NCBI GenBank assembly: GCA_963847455.1
Contig: CAWKAG010000042.1
Coordinates: 27,161-91,160 of the forward strand
Reading direction: 5' to 3'
DNA: 64,000 nt
Origin: an uncultured Acidimicrobiia bacterium
GTDB taxonomy: Bacteria; Actinomycetota; Acidimicrobiia; Spongiisociales; JAENVV01
Part shown: positions 41,534-49,773 of the stretch, one piece after another
Layout of the letters: each line of letters begins with the position of its first letter
Position numbering within the stretch: position 1 is the stretch's first letter
Translations under genes and position numbers: made by a program
Notes under the pieces: model-generated
Told to the model about the DNA's origin: nothing
The model's database searches: none
Seen by the model: the letters and a program-made list of their open reading frames with translations, nothing else

Positions 41534-42445
41534 ATGTCTGACTCAGATAAATCAAGAATTCCCGTGGTTGTCACCGGATTTGTAATGGGAGCCGCCGATC
41601 TGGTTCCTGGCGTTTCGGGAGGCACTATCGCGCTCGTGTTCGGGATCTATGATCGCCTGCTGGCGGCTATCACGTCATTCAACCTGACCAACCTTCGAGT
41701 GCTCCTGAAGGGTGAAGGACGAAACTTCGCCCGCGCCACCAGCCTCCCGTTCGTCCTTACGTTGGGATTGGGAATCGGCACAGCCATCATTGCCCTGTCC
41801 GAACCTCTTGGCCGCTTGCTCGACGACGCCAACGGACGCATCGTCCTCTTCTCGTTCTTCTTCGGTCTGGTAATCGCCTCGGTCTATGTGATTGGTCGAC
41901 GGGTGAGTTGGATGACCCCGACGCGGATCGCCTTCACGCTTGGTGTCCTGGCTGGTCTGGTAATTGTGCAACTCACCCCGACGACGGGATCGGCGGCCCC
42001 GCTGGCCCTCTTCGCATCGGGAGCGATTGCAATTTGTGCGATGGTCCTCCCGGGTATCTCCGGCTCGTTCATCCTCGTAATCCTCGGCCAGTACGACAAC
42101 GTCCTTGACGCCGTCCGGGAGCGCAACATCGGAACCGTGCTCATCTTCGGTGCCGGGACCGTGGTGGGATTAGCTCTATTCGCTCGACTTCTTCAAAGGC
42201 TCCTCGCCCGCCACCATGACTTGACTATGGCGGTTCTCGCCGGGTTTATGGGCGGCTCGCTTTGGAAGATCTGGCCGTGGCGAACCTGTGTGACCCTCGG
42301 GCCGGACGGCCACTGTTTGACCGACGCATTGAGCTCCCCAACACTCGATAGTTATGCACTTTTGGGGGCGATTCTGGCACTTGTTGGCGCCGGCGTAGTG
42401 GTGTTGGTTGACCACTTAGGGCGCGCACCAAATAGAACCGCTTGA
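41534..42445 (+). CDS. DUF368 family membrane protein (undecaprenyl-phosphate recycling family)
   Basis: GAADLVPGVSGGT and MVLPGISGS repeats. Confidence 0.9.
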   Translation: MSDSDKSRIPVVVTGFVMGAADLVPGVSGGTIALVFGIYDRLLAAITSFNLTNLRVLLKGEGRNFARATSLPFVLTLGLGIGTAIIALSEPLGRLLDDANGRIVLFSFFFGLVIASVYVIGRRVSWMTPTRIAFTLGVLAGLVIVQLTPTTGSAAPLALFASGAIAICAMVLPGISGSFILVILGQYDNVLDAVRERNIGTVLIFGAGTVVGLALFARLLQRLLARHHDLTMAVLAGFMGGSLWKIWPWRTCVTLGPDGHCLTDALSSPTLDSYALLGAILALVGAGVVVLVDHLGRAPNRTA

Positions 42446-42471
42446 CACCGCGCGATACACCCCGATACGAT
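42442..42471 (+). promoter_or_regulatory. near-consensus sigma70/SigA promoter
   Basis: TTGACA (42442-42447), 18-nt spacer, TACGAT (42466-42471). No convincing CDS downstream. Confidence 0.8.
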
Positions 42472-42477
42472 GACCAG

Positions 42478-42619
42478 GCACCGGAGCAATCCGGATGCGA
42501 CCCCCAAAAAGGGCGAGCAGTTGAGCACGGTCTTACCCTGGCGCCGTACTCGCTACGACTCTCGCTTAGCTCCTTCGGGAGTAGAGGCTCCGGAACCCCC
42601 AACCGGAGCCTCATTTTTT
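42478..42619 (+). ncRNA. putative ~140-nt structured small RNA of unknown family
   Basis: Bounded by the promoter and terminator. Contains CCGGA-GCAA-TCCGG, a long GCGAG...CTCGC interrupted stem, and GCTCC-TTCG-GGAGT. Confidence 0.75.
42584..42619 (+). terminator. intrinsic terminator
   Basis: GAGGCTCCGG-AACCCCCAA-CCGGAGCCTC-A-TTTTTT (perfect 10-bp stem plus U tract). Confidence 0.88.
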
Positions 42620-42827
42620 AACCTGTCATCGATGACCGATGACGGACTTCGTTTTCGGGGTCACGAATCGAGCCGACGGGCACCGGATTGTCGCCCCACT
42701 TGGGACGGCCAAACAGAATCGCATGAGCGATGTCTTCAGCGTCTACCCAGTAATCCCCGGCGGCGATCCGTTCTGCCAGATCGTCGAGCCGCCGATTCCA
42801 CCACGTCGTTGAGTCCTTCTTGTGCAC
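42618..42827 (-). CDS. small FlgM-like (anti-sigma28 C-terminal motif) protein, 69 aa
   Basis: RLDDLAERIAAGDYWVDAEDIAHAIL matches the FlgM C-terminal pattern (I..G.Y.VD...IA). GTG start 6 nt after GCCGATAC. Confidence 0.7.
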   Translation of the reverse strand: MHKKDSTTWWNRRLDDLAERIAAGDYWVDAEDIAHAILFGRPKWGDNPVPVGSIRDPENEVRHRSSMTG

Positions 42828-42833
42828 CCTTAG

Positions 42834-42861
42834 GTATCGGCAGCGACATGGCTGTAATTGA
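42834..42861 (-). promoter_or_regulatory. sigma28 (FliA/WhiG/SigD)-type promoter candidate
   Basis: Minus strand TCAA-N16-GCCGATAC, against the consensus TAAA-N15/16-GCCGATAA. Confidence 0.6.
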
Positions 42862-42876
42862 GGAAAACCCTCAGGT

Positions 42877-43167
42877 TTAGCTACGTTCCCAGCGACCCTC
42901 ACGCATTACCGCCACGGCAACGATCTCCGGATCTACTTCATACTCGCCAGCTTGAATCAATCCACGCAGCTCACCAAGCAGGGCCTTGCGCTCCTCAGGG
43001 GTGGCCATGGGAGACAAGTGAGGACCGTCAAAAGGATCGACGATCGAAAACGGATCGGCCCCCAACAACTGGTCGGCTGGCATGGGGTTGGCTGGCGTCT
43101 GGCTGGCCGACTTGGCTTCGGCCGCAACATCACTTACCGAATTCTCGTCGCTATCTGAAGCCCCCAT
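42877..43167 (-). CDS. second FlgM-like protein, ~96 aa
   Basis: Low-complexity N-terminus, then ERKALLGELRGLIQAGEYEVDPEIVAVAVM. ATG lies 7 nt after TAGGAT; the start could instead be the internal MATPEE. Confidence 0.65.
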   Translation of the reverse strand: MGASDSDENSVSDVAAEAKSASQTPANPMPADQLLGADPFSIVDPFDGPHLSPMATPEERKALLGELRGLIQAGEYEVDPEIVAVAVMREGRWERS

Positions 43168-43301
43168 GAGGAATATCCTACCCACGGGTCGAGGATTCAC
43201 CTAGTAAAAAACAACCGGCGCCCGGCTAACGCAACGAGCCTTGACAGGCAGTTCCGTACGTTCTGGCTACGCCGAACCCTGGTTGGCTGTACCCTTGACC
43301 C

Positions 43302-44309
43302 ATGACTATTGGAGTACTCGGGGCAGGTTCATGGGGAACCGCAGTGGCAGCGTTGGCAGCAGCAAAAAACGACACACTCCTGTGGGCGCGCCGACCCGAT
43401 GTCGCCGATGCCATCAACCGCGATCATGTCAACCCGTCATACATCAGCGAGTTCCCGCTTCCCGAACCGCTCGTGGCTAGTTCCGATATTCACAAAGTCG
43501 CGGGCAACTGCGAGGTGCTGATCATTGGCGTGCCTTCGCACGGATTTCGCAGCATTCTCGAAATTGCGGCTGGATCGATCCCCGAGTCCGTCCCGATTCT
43601 TTCCCTGACCAAAGGGATCGAGGCCGGGACGCTGATGCGTATGACCGAGGTCATCGCCGACGTCCTGCCCAACCACCCGCGCGATCAGATCGGCGTCCTG
43701 TCTGGTCCAAACCTCGCCAAGGAGATCATGGCCGGCCAACCCGCCGCCACCGTAATCGCGTTGCCAGACCTCAACCTCGCTGAAGAGGTTCAGACCCGAT
43801 TCATGACTCCGACATTCCGGGTATACACCAACCCCGACGTAGTCGGGTGCGAGATCGCCGGAGCTTGCAAGAACGTCATGGCGATTGCTTCGGGAATGGT
43901 CTCAGGTCTCGGCTTCGGCGACAACACCCGGGCCGCCCTCATAACGAGAGCTCTCGCCGAACTCGTCAGACTCGGCATTGCGGTCGGCGGCAATCCGCTC
44001 ACCTTCGGCGGATTGGCCGGCGTCGGTGATCTGGTGGCAACGTGTTACTCATCCCAGAGCCGCAACTATACGGTCGGGCATGGTCTCGGGGAAGGCAAAC
44101 CACTCGACGACATCATTGCCGAAATGAACATGGTGGCTGAAGGCGTCAAATCCACGGCTGGCGTTCTCGCTCTGGCCGACAAGGCCAACGTCGAAATGCC
44201 GATCGCCGTTGAAGTCGGGCGGGTCTTGTACGAGGGCGCCGACCCGAAATCGTCGATGATGGCGCTGATGGGGCGAACCGCCAAGTCCGAAGGACACGGG
44301 ATCTTTTAA
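43302..44309 (+). CDS. gpsA: NAD(P)H-dependent glycerol-3-phosphate dehydrogenase
   Basis: GAGSWGT, SGPNLAKE, KNVMAIA, GDLVATC...SRN. Confidence 0.96.
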   Translation: MTIGVLGAGSWGTAVAALAAAKNDTLLWARRPDVADAINRDHVNPSYISEFPLPEPLVASSDIHKVAGNCEVLIIGVPSHGFRSILEIAAGSIPESVPILSLTKGIEAGTLMRMTEVIADVLPNHPRDQIGVLSGPNLAKEIMAGQPAATVIALPDLNLAEEVQTRFMTPTFRVYTNPDVVGCEIAGACKNVMAIASGMVSGLGFGDNTRAALITRALAELVRLGIAVGGNPLTFGGLAGVGDLVATCYSSQSRNYTVGHGLGEGKPLDDIIAEMNMVAEGVKSTAGVLALADKANVEMPIAVEVGRVLYEGADPKSSMMALMGRTAKSEGHGIF

Positions 44310-44371
44310 GCACCGGACACCATCCTGATGCCAGTCGCCGAATAGTTGCCGGAGACCAACAAAATCTCCTT

Positions 44372-46891
44372 CTAGTTACCAACCACAATCGTGGCGCCCG
44401 TGGCCGGGTCTTTGTCGAGGACCAACAAATCTTCGATCCGGTCTTTCATGTCGGGCACGTGGCTGACGATCACGACCAGTCGATCATCATGCCCCGCCAC
44501 CAACGATTCGATTCCGGCCATCGCCAGGTCGAGATGCTCGGCATCAAGCGATCCGAACCCTTCGTCGAGGAAGAACGAATCAAGCCGACCACTACCGCGA
44601 GACACCATCTCGGCGAGCGCCAGGGCGAGGGCTAGTGACGCAAGAAATGTCTCCCCTCCCGAGAGCGTCGAGGATTTCCTCACCTGTTCGGCCGCGTTCA
44701 GATCGAGAATGTTGAAGTCACCATCATCGGAGAAGCGGTAGCGGCCCCCGGAAAGCTGTTCGAATTGCTCGGACGACACCCGGCCCAGTTCGGCCCGCTC
44801 CTCTTCGAGGAGATAGCCAAGGAATGCGGCCGGACGAAGGTCCTTGGCGAGATCATCGTACAGGTCAGCAACCGTTTGCCTGGCGATGATCTGTGCATCG
44901 AGGTCGGCCGCCTGAGCGAGGCGCTCATTGCGAACATCGACTTCGCGCTGGGCTGCCGCCACCGCCGCGACTGCATTGGAAAGCGCCTTCCCAAAGTCGT
45001 CATCTGGCGAGAGACCGAGTGCTTCCATAGCCTCAGCTCGAAGCCGGGTGGCTTCGGCAAGACGAGCAACCGCCGCTTCCCGGGTATCCAACGCCTGCTT
45101 CTGTCGTTCCACCCAGACCTCTCGCACCGAAGCCAGGAGTTGCTCAGTGTCGGTCGCCTCGAGCAGGTCGTCGTGCTCAACCGCCAACTGAGACGCCAGC
45201 CTCGACACGGTCAACGTCAGATTTCGCAGGCCCGCTTCGGCTTGATCCACCTGTTTCTGGCCATTGTCGACTTCGGCATCCGCTTCCCTCTTGGTGGCTT
45301 CGAGACTCTTCATCCGAGCCTCGACCGCCAGGAGGCGTTCCTCGATCTCAGCGAGTCGCTCTACCGGCTTTTTGCCGAGGATTGCGACCAGCGCCTGCTC
45401 GATTTCTTCCACCAACGCAGACGCCTTTTCGGAAGCTTGTTTGGCTTCAGCGGCCACCGCTTCGATGTCGGCTAGAGATTTCTCGGCACTGTTCACGGCT
45501 TCGGTCACGGTGGCCGACTCGGCAAGGGCAGCCTTCTCGGCGGCCGCAGATTCCGCCAACTCGCTCCGTGCTTTGTCCCTGGCCTTTTCAAGTTTCGCCA
45601 GGGCCGTTCCTGCCTTGCTCGGGGCAGGTACCGCGGCGACTGGTTGGGCGCAAACCGGACACTCGCCATCGGCAACGAGTCCTGCCCGTAAGGTCGCAGC
45701 CATTTCGGCGTGGCGCCCCTCGTGGAGCGCCTCGTCGGCGGCCGCCAGCGCCACGGTCGCGGAAGCTGTTTTCTCGACCAGAGCAGTGGCTTTGGCGACG
45801 AGCTTCTCAGCCTCCTTGGTGGTCTTCTTGACGAGCGCGACAGCTACTTCGACTTTGGCGACGGCGTCGGTGTGTCTCACCGATTCACGCTCCGCACCGG
45901 CCCGAGCATCGGCCAACCGGGTCACCTGCTGACGGGCCACGGCTAGCTGCGCTTCGTCACCGACGGATTCCAGAACGTCGAGGCGCTCCTGACGGGCAGC
46001 GTTTATCGCCGCGCCGGCTTCCCGAGCGCGCGCTTTGGCGGCGACCAATTCGGATATTCTCACGCCGTGATCCTTGAGGATCTTCTGGCTTTCACCGCTG
46101 TCGGGCATCCGTTCGGCGAGCACTTTCAACGCCGCGGTCTGTTCGCCCGCCCGGTCGATCTCCGTCTGAGCAGCCTTGCGGACGGCCTCGGCGGATTCGA
46201 CGACCGGTTCACGTTCTACAAGCGTGTTGAGCCGTTCAGTCGATGTCACGAGAACTTCGGCAGCCCGAACTGCGAGGGCTTTCACATTGTCCAGGTCAGC
46301 CTTGCGACGGCCGAACTCTTCGAGGTCTCGTTTGGCCTCGTCCCGGATCCGCTTGGCGACGGACTCCATGACATCCACCTTGTCGAGGCCGAACACGCCT
46401 TTGAGTACTTTGTCGCGCTCGGTACTCGTCGCCTTGAGAAAGTCTGAGAAACGACCCTGCGCCAACATCACCGAACGATTGAACCCATCGAAATCGACTC
46501 CGAGAATCTCCTCGATCCGCTCATCAACCGGGCCTTTCTGCAAGATCGTTTCAAGCGGCTCGCCGTCGGGATCATTCGGGTCTACCCGGTACAAGGCGTG
46601 GGCGCTCTGGCCGGTTCTGCGCAAGGCTCGGACCGATTTCCAACGTACGCCCTCGACGTCGAAGACAAACTCAACCTTGCCGACGTCGGCCCGTTGATGA
46701 ATGAGCGACTTCTGATTGGACTTCTCGGTCGGCGTCTTCCCGTACAGAGACAGGCAAATCGCGTCAAGGATCGACGACTTCCCGGATCCGATCGGGCCGA
46801 CGATCCCCACCAGGTGGCGATCGGTCCAGTCGATTTCGATCTCGCTGGCGTAAGACCGGAACCCGTCCAGGCGCAAGGTGACCGGTCTCAT
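44372..46891 (-). CDS. sbcC: SbcC/Rad50 SMC-like ATPase
   Basis: GPIGSGKS, Q-loop LAQG, coiled coil with CPVC zinc hook, LSGGE, FLDEGFGSLD. Confidence 0.94.
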   Translation of the reverse strand: MRPVTLRLDGFRSYASEIEIDWTDRHLVGIVGPIGSGKSSILDAICLSLYGKTPTEKSNQKSLIHQRADVGKVEFVFDVEGVRWKSVRALRRTGQSAHALYRVDPNDPDGEPLETILQKGPVDERIEEILGVDFDGFNRSVMLAQGRFSDFLKATSTERDKVLKGVFGLDKVDVMESVAKRIRDEAKRDLEEFGRRKADLDNVKALAVRAAEVLVTSTERLNTLVEREPVVESAEAVRKAAQTEIDRAGEQTAALKVLAERMPDSGESQKILKDHGVRISELVAAKARAREAGAAINAARQERLDVLESVGDEAQLAVARQQVTRLADARAGAERESVRHTDAVAKVEVAVALVKKTTKEAEKLVAKATALVEKTASATVALAAADEALHEGRHAEMAATLRAGLVADGECPVCAQPVAAVPAPSKAGTALAKLEKARDKARSELAESAAAEKAALAESATVTEAVNSAEKSLADIEAVAAEAKQASEKASALVEEIEQALVAILGKKPVERLAEIEERLLAVEARMKSLEATKREADAEVDNGQKQVDQAEAGLRNLTLTVSRLASQLAVEHDDLLEATDTEQLLASVREVWVERQKQALDTREAAVARLAEATRLRAEAMEALGLSPDDDFGKALSNAVAAVAAAQREVDVRNERLAQAADLDAQIIARQTVADLYDDLAKDLRPAAFLGYLLEEERAELGRVSSEQFEQLSGGRYRFSDDGDFNILDLNAAEQVRKSSTLSGGETFLASLALALALAEMVSRGSGRLDSFFLDEGFGSLDAEHLDLAMAGIESLVAGHDDRLVVIVSHVPDMKDRIEDLLVLDKDPATGATIVVGN

Positions 46892-48054
46892 TCCTGGCGC
46901 CCGGCTTCGTCGAGGACCGTGCGGAAGGCGCCCAACAACTCGTCACGCGGTTCGGACCCGGTGCGTTCGATGACAAAATCCCGGTAGAGCTCGTCCCAGG
47001 CCAACCCGGACCGCGAGGGACGGTCCACTTCGGCGCGCGCATAGCTAGCGGACACTTTGACGAGGAACGGGAAGTGTTGACGAGCCCGATCTGCCAGGCC
47101 CGGATCAGGTCCGTCCGTTTCAACAGTGAGATCAACAAAAGCATCCACCAGGTCAGTACGTTCGGCCAACTCTTCCCACCGACCCGTCGCTCGGATGAGC
47201 CTTCGGCCACCCGAGAGATCAACCGATCTTGTCGAAGCCGGTAGGCCCGCGTCCGCTTCCACGATCACGACTCGTTTTTGTTCACCGGCCTCGCCAAAAT
47301 CGAGCTCCAATAACGATCCGGCGTACTCAGCAGGCACCTGGGCACCCGGCACCGGTTGGGGAGCATGGATATGTCCCATCGCCACGTAACTCAAAGACGT
47401 TGGCACAGCTTGGGAAGTCGCCGAATAGGCCTCGCCCATGTGCAGCGCCCTTTCCCCTCTTGGACGGCCATGGCCGCCGACCTTGGCACCGGTCACCATG
47501 AAATGGGCGACCAGCAGGGCTACCCCATCGGTCCCAGCCAATTCCGACGCCCGGCCGGCATAGGCCGTTGTGATCTGGCGAACCCGATCGGCATAGGAGC
47601 CGTACCAGGTGCCCATCTCTTCCATGAAGTCGACCACCCGGCCTTCGCGTAAGAACGGGAAACAGCCGATCGCCGCGTCACCGTTTCGGGTGGTGACCGT
47701 CAGAACCCCGCCGTCCTCGGGTCGTTTGACGTCGCCAACCAGCCGAACCCCGCGAGGCGCCATCAGCGGATCGAGGACCTCGAACAGGGCAGCTGAATCG
47801 TGGTTTCCGGCAACGGCCACGACGGGTCGGGTGCCGTCGGCCGAAAGATCCGTCAGGGTTTCCACGACGAGCGACAAGGCTTCCATCGGTGGAGCGGCCC
47901 GATCGAACAAGTCACCAGACACAATCACCAAATCCACGTCTTGGGCGTCGGCAACCTGAACTACCTCGGCGAGGACCTCACGATATTCGTCCATGCGGTC
48001 GTATCGGCCGAGCTTCTTGCCGACATGCCAGTCGGAGGTGTGCAGGATCTTCAC
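46888..48054 (-). CDS. sbcD: SbcD/Mre11 nuclease
   Basis: HTSDWHVG, GDLFD, GNHD, GHIH. Confidence 0.95.
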   Translation of the reverse strand: MKILHTSDWHVGKKLGRYDRMDEYREVLAEVVQVADAQDVDLVIVSGDLFDRAAPPMEALSLVVETLTDLSADGTRPVVAVAGNHDSAALFEVLDPLMAPRGVRLVGDVKRPEDGGVLTVTTRNGDAAIGCFPFLREGRVVDFMEEMGTWYGSYADRVRQITTAYAGRASELAGTDGVALLVAHFMVTGAKVGGHGRPRGERALHMGEAYSATSQAVPTSLSYVAMGHIHAPQPVPGAQVPAEYAGSLLELDFGEAGEQKRVVIVEADAGLPASTRSVDLSGGRRLIRATGRWEELAERTDLVDAFVDLTVETDGPDPGLADRARQHFPFLVKVSASYARAEVDRPSRSGLAWDELYRDFVIERTGSEPRDELLGAFRTVLDEAGRQE

Positions 48055-48057
48055 TGG

Positions 48058-49773
48058 CTAGAGCCCGGCAAAAGGATCGACGTCCTCGCTCACTTCCTCG
48101 CGGCGAGTCGCCCACGGCGGGAATGGGAAGTTGACCACCAGAGGCACCGGTATCGCCGGTTGAGAAATCACCATGGTGCCCGGCTTGAGCAGGCGCGCCC
48201 TGGCCCTCGTCGAAGGAAGCATCCATCCGTATTCCGATCGTTCTGCTTCGGCCGCATCCAAACGGCCCGCCACCCGGATCGCCGCGTTCTCCATCACCTC
48301 TTGGGCGATACGCGACGCGGTCTGCTGGGCGCCAACGAGCAGCACACCCAGGGACCGTCCTCGCTGGGCGATGTCAATGAGCATGTCCTTGAGCGGAGAG
48401 TTGCCTTCCCGGGGCGCATACTTATTCAGCTCATCGAGCACCACCACCGACAGGGGGAGGCGCTGACCGGTCTGTTCTTTTTCGGCAAACGTTTCCTGAA
48501 GCAGCGCACCGACAACGAACCGCTGCGCAAGGTCATGCAACGACTGGATCGCCACTACGGTGACCTGGGCCGCGCCCCGATCGATCCGGTTCGAGTCCCC
48601 GGCCCGGATCAGTTCACCGAGGCGGGATTGGGCCGCATACAGACGTCGCATGAACGCCGATACTGTGCCGCCCTGTACGCGCCCCGACCAGGTCCGGTCG
48701 GGCTCTTCGCCATCGGGCGGATCAAGGTACTCCTCGAGAGCCGCGACCAGGCTGGGCAGGTCTTCGATGACCCGCTCCCCCGGCTCGACCTTGACTTCTG
48801 CGCCTCGTTTCCATCCGCCGATGGGTGGTTGACGGATAACAACGGCTCCTGGACGTCCAACGACATCGACCGCCCATCTTTGGAGCTGGGAACGCACTCG
48901 CTCTTCCACAAATGAGAGTTGGTTGCGGCTATCTCCTGCGTCGGTGAACAGAAAGCGGAGAAGGCCCTCGTCGATAAACTCACGAGGCGTCCAGGCGAAC
49001 GGTTGGACGCCTTCCTGGCGACCCGCCACGTCGGGCAAGAGGACATCGCCGGATCTTTTCCGGGGGGGCGCCCAGAACGCAACCGAGGGGAACGGGGTTG
49101 GTTCAACGCCGAGTGCTTCCCATTTCTGGCGGGCTTCGTCATCGAAGAGTGCATTGGGCTTGTCGAGCCAGAGCAGGTCCTCGCCTTTGACGTTGAAGAC
49201 GAGCACTCGCATGTTGACGCCCGACTCACCGACGATGTCGCGGCGACCAGTCAGCATGCGGAGAAAGAACAGGGCAAACGAAGTTTTGGTGGCCACGCCG
49301 GAAATTCCGGAAATCGACATGTGCCCACCCTTGCGACCGTCGAAGAAATCAAGATCTACATAGAGCGGTTGATTGTCACGGCCGATGCCAACCGGCAGCG
49401 GGCGGCCCATCTCATCGGCATACAGGGCTTTGTCTCTCGCTTCGCCGCTTGCCCGCTCCACCAGTTCACCAGGGTCGGGCGAGACCCACACCTCCGGGTC
49501 GACCCGGGTCACCTGAATCTGAGCCGACCGCACCTTCTGGGCCGGCAGAATGCCGTGTTCGGCGATACGGAACGTATCGGATTCATAAGAAGCACCTTCA
49601 TAGACAGCTTCGGATTCGGTGACGATGCCATACGTGGCAATCTCGCCGGCTTGGGGAACCTGAGTGCGGACCACGACCAGATCGTCAAGTTGCAGGTACT
49701 CCGCATCATCGAGAACGACGCGAAACACCTGGGTTGATGTCTTTTCGGTTCCAACCACGCGCCCGACGCTCAT
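48058..49773 (-). CDS. herA: HerA-family ATPase/translocase
   Basis: N-terminal HAS-barrel-like region, atypical Walker A SGISGVATKT, Walker B VLDELNKY, RGRSLG...QQ motif. Confidence 0.88.
   Translation of the reverse strand: MSVGRVVGTEKTSTQVFRVVLDDAEYLQLDDLVVVRTQVPQAGEIATYGIVTESEAVYEGASYESDTFRIAEHGILPAQKVRSAQIQVTRVDPEVWVSPDPGELVERASGEARDKALYADEMGRPLPVGIGRDNQPLYVDLDFFDGRKGGHMSISGISGVATKTSFALFFLRMLTGRRDIVGESGVNMRVLVFNVKGEDLLWLDKPNALFDDEARQKWEALGVEPTPFPSVAFWAPPRKRSGDVLLPDVAGRQEGVQPFAWTPREFIDEGLLRFLFTDAGDSRNQLSFVEERVRSQLQRWAVDVVGRPGAVVIRQPPIGGWKRGAEVKVEPGERVIEDLPSLVAALEEYLDPPDGEEPDRTWSGRVQGGTVSAFMRRLYAAQSRLGELIRAGDSNRIDRGAAQVTVVAIQSLHDLAQRFVVGALLQETFAEKEQTGQRLPLSVVVLDELNKYAPREGNSPLKDMLIDIAQRGRSLGVLLVGAQQTASRIAQEVMENAAIRVAGRLDAAEAERSEYGWMLPSTRARARLLKPGTMVISQPAIPVPLVVNFPFPPWATRREEVSEDVDPFAGL

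Noticed and set aside
42496-42525. 9-codon ORF MRPPKRASS within the small RNA, preceded by GGAG
   Set aside because: The SD and ATG are both in the first hairpin and the peptide is featureless; likely chance, though a dual-function RNA cannot be excluded without Ribo-seq.
42470-42880. 136-aa + strand ORF across the small-RNA region
   Set aside because: It starts inside the -10 element, runs through an intrinsic terminator, is antisense to the FlgM-like gene and has no protein-like features.
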